Positions 63,351 to 64,000 of a stretch of DNA of 64,000 bases are shown one piece after another. Positions within the stretch are counted from its first letter, which is position 1; every line of letters begins with the position of its first letter. The notes under the pieces were generated by a model. That model made no database searches. It was not told the DNA's origin and saw only the letters and a list, made by a program, of their open reading frames with translations. This stretch comes from Candidatus Marinacidobacterales bacterium (lineage in GTDB: Bacteria > Acidobacteriota > Vicinamibacteria > Marinacidobacterales > SMYC01), in contig OZ250169.1 in assembly GCA_965237955.1 (NCBI GenBank), forward strand, positions 4,224,001 to 4,288,000. The letters are read 5' to 3'. The position numbers were made by a program, and so were the translations under genes.

Positions 63351-64000
63351 TTAGACCATTCCGAGAAGCTTTCTCAGCAGCGCCCGCTCGAGGCGGACGA
63401 TGTTTCTCGGGGAACTCTTGGGAGGGAAGAAATCCACATCCATCGGCGGGAGGAACGTCTCTCCACGGGCACTCGCGAACTGGTACACGGGGTTCGCGAG
63501 GAGGCTCAAAAAGCTCGTCCATCCGTTCGCATAAGGACTTCGCCACTCAGACACGGGCTCGTCCCTACCTACGACTTCGATCGCATCGGTGGGATCACCG
63601 AACCAATGGCAAGCAGCGTCGAGAACGACAGATGCCCGCGGATTCGCTAGTCCCCTGGATCTTTGATTACTATACAAAGTTAGGCTTTTCGCCAGCCCAT
63701 AAGACTCATAAGATTCATGCACTTAGAAGGGTTTCGGCAAGCTCTGCTTTATCTAGTTTGTTCCGATACAGGGGACTAGACCCATATGCCGCGTGGCCAC
63801 CATGTCGACCGCGAGCGCGTCCGCGCCTGCATAGAGGCGGTGGGGCGTTGGGAATCGGGGACAGGCGATGATTCCGACAAGGCCGTCCGCAGCCGAGGCG
63901 TAGCCGTCGATGAGCGCGAAGTCCGGTGGAAACTCGGTGAGCGGCATCAGAAGCGCGGTGTCACGATGCGCGGATCGCTCCAGGAAAAGAAATTGTTCGA
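63351..64000 (-). pseudogene. DUF362-like gene (3' part), interrupted by MITE copy 3; it starts beyond the window
   Basis: PDFALIDG…AGADALAVDMVA. Removing the MITE restores RHMGL|ANPRASVV in frame. Confidence 0.7.
63647..63779 (-). mobile_element. 133-bp IS630-related MITE, copy 3 (inverted)
   Basis: Reverse complement of copies 1 and 2; CTAG at both ends. Confidence 0.92.

Noticed and set aside
12596-63779. Repeated 133-bp and 190-bp units as a CRISPR array or attC cassette sites
   Set aside because: There is no regular repeat-spacer periodicity and no cas or integron integrase gene. The ends match IS630.

Overview
GC-rich bacterial genomic window. The gene content (TAT-exported hydrolases, eukaryotic-like Ser/Thr kinase fragments, carboxypeptidase-regulatory-domain proteins) resembles Acidobacteriota/Vicinamibacteria, but this taxonomy is an inference. 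The window is heavily eroded and rich in insertion sequences. Mobile elements: IS3, an internally deleted ISL3, two IS630, IS5 plus a remnant, IS91 and integrase-core remnants, and an intact IS110 with a structured leader that looks like a bridge RNA. Three copies of a 133-bp CTAG-targeting MITE share ends with the intact IS630 at 15118-16306. Intact cargo: sulfatase, amidase with a TAT-signalled GatC/AtzG-like partner, catalase-like lipoprotein, LuxR plus twin HtrA cassette, M23, rhomboid and S9 peptidases, a proline/hydroxyproline/alpha-hydroxy-acid catabolic cluster (AcnX, NSS transporter, FMN oxidase, PRODH, DHDPS-like, OCD-like, LarA, FAH) and a lactate permease. Degraded but notable: an Omp85 gene translationally coupled to a secreted atypical-kinase-like gene, and a lipid A remodelling mini-regulon (LmtA-like, response regulator, PAP2) whose two promoters carry matching PmrA-like boxes. 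Many genes have in-frame stops, frameshifts or truncations. No rRNA, tRNA or CRISPR array was seen.
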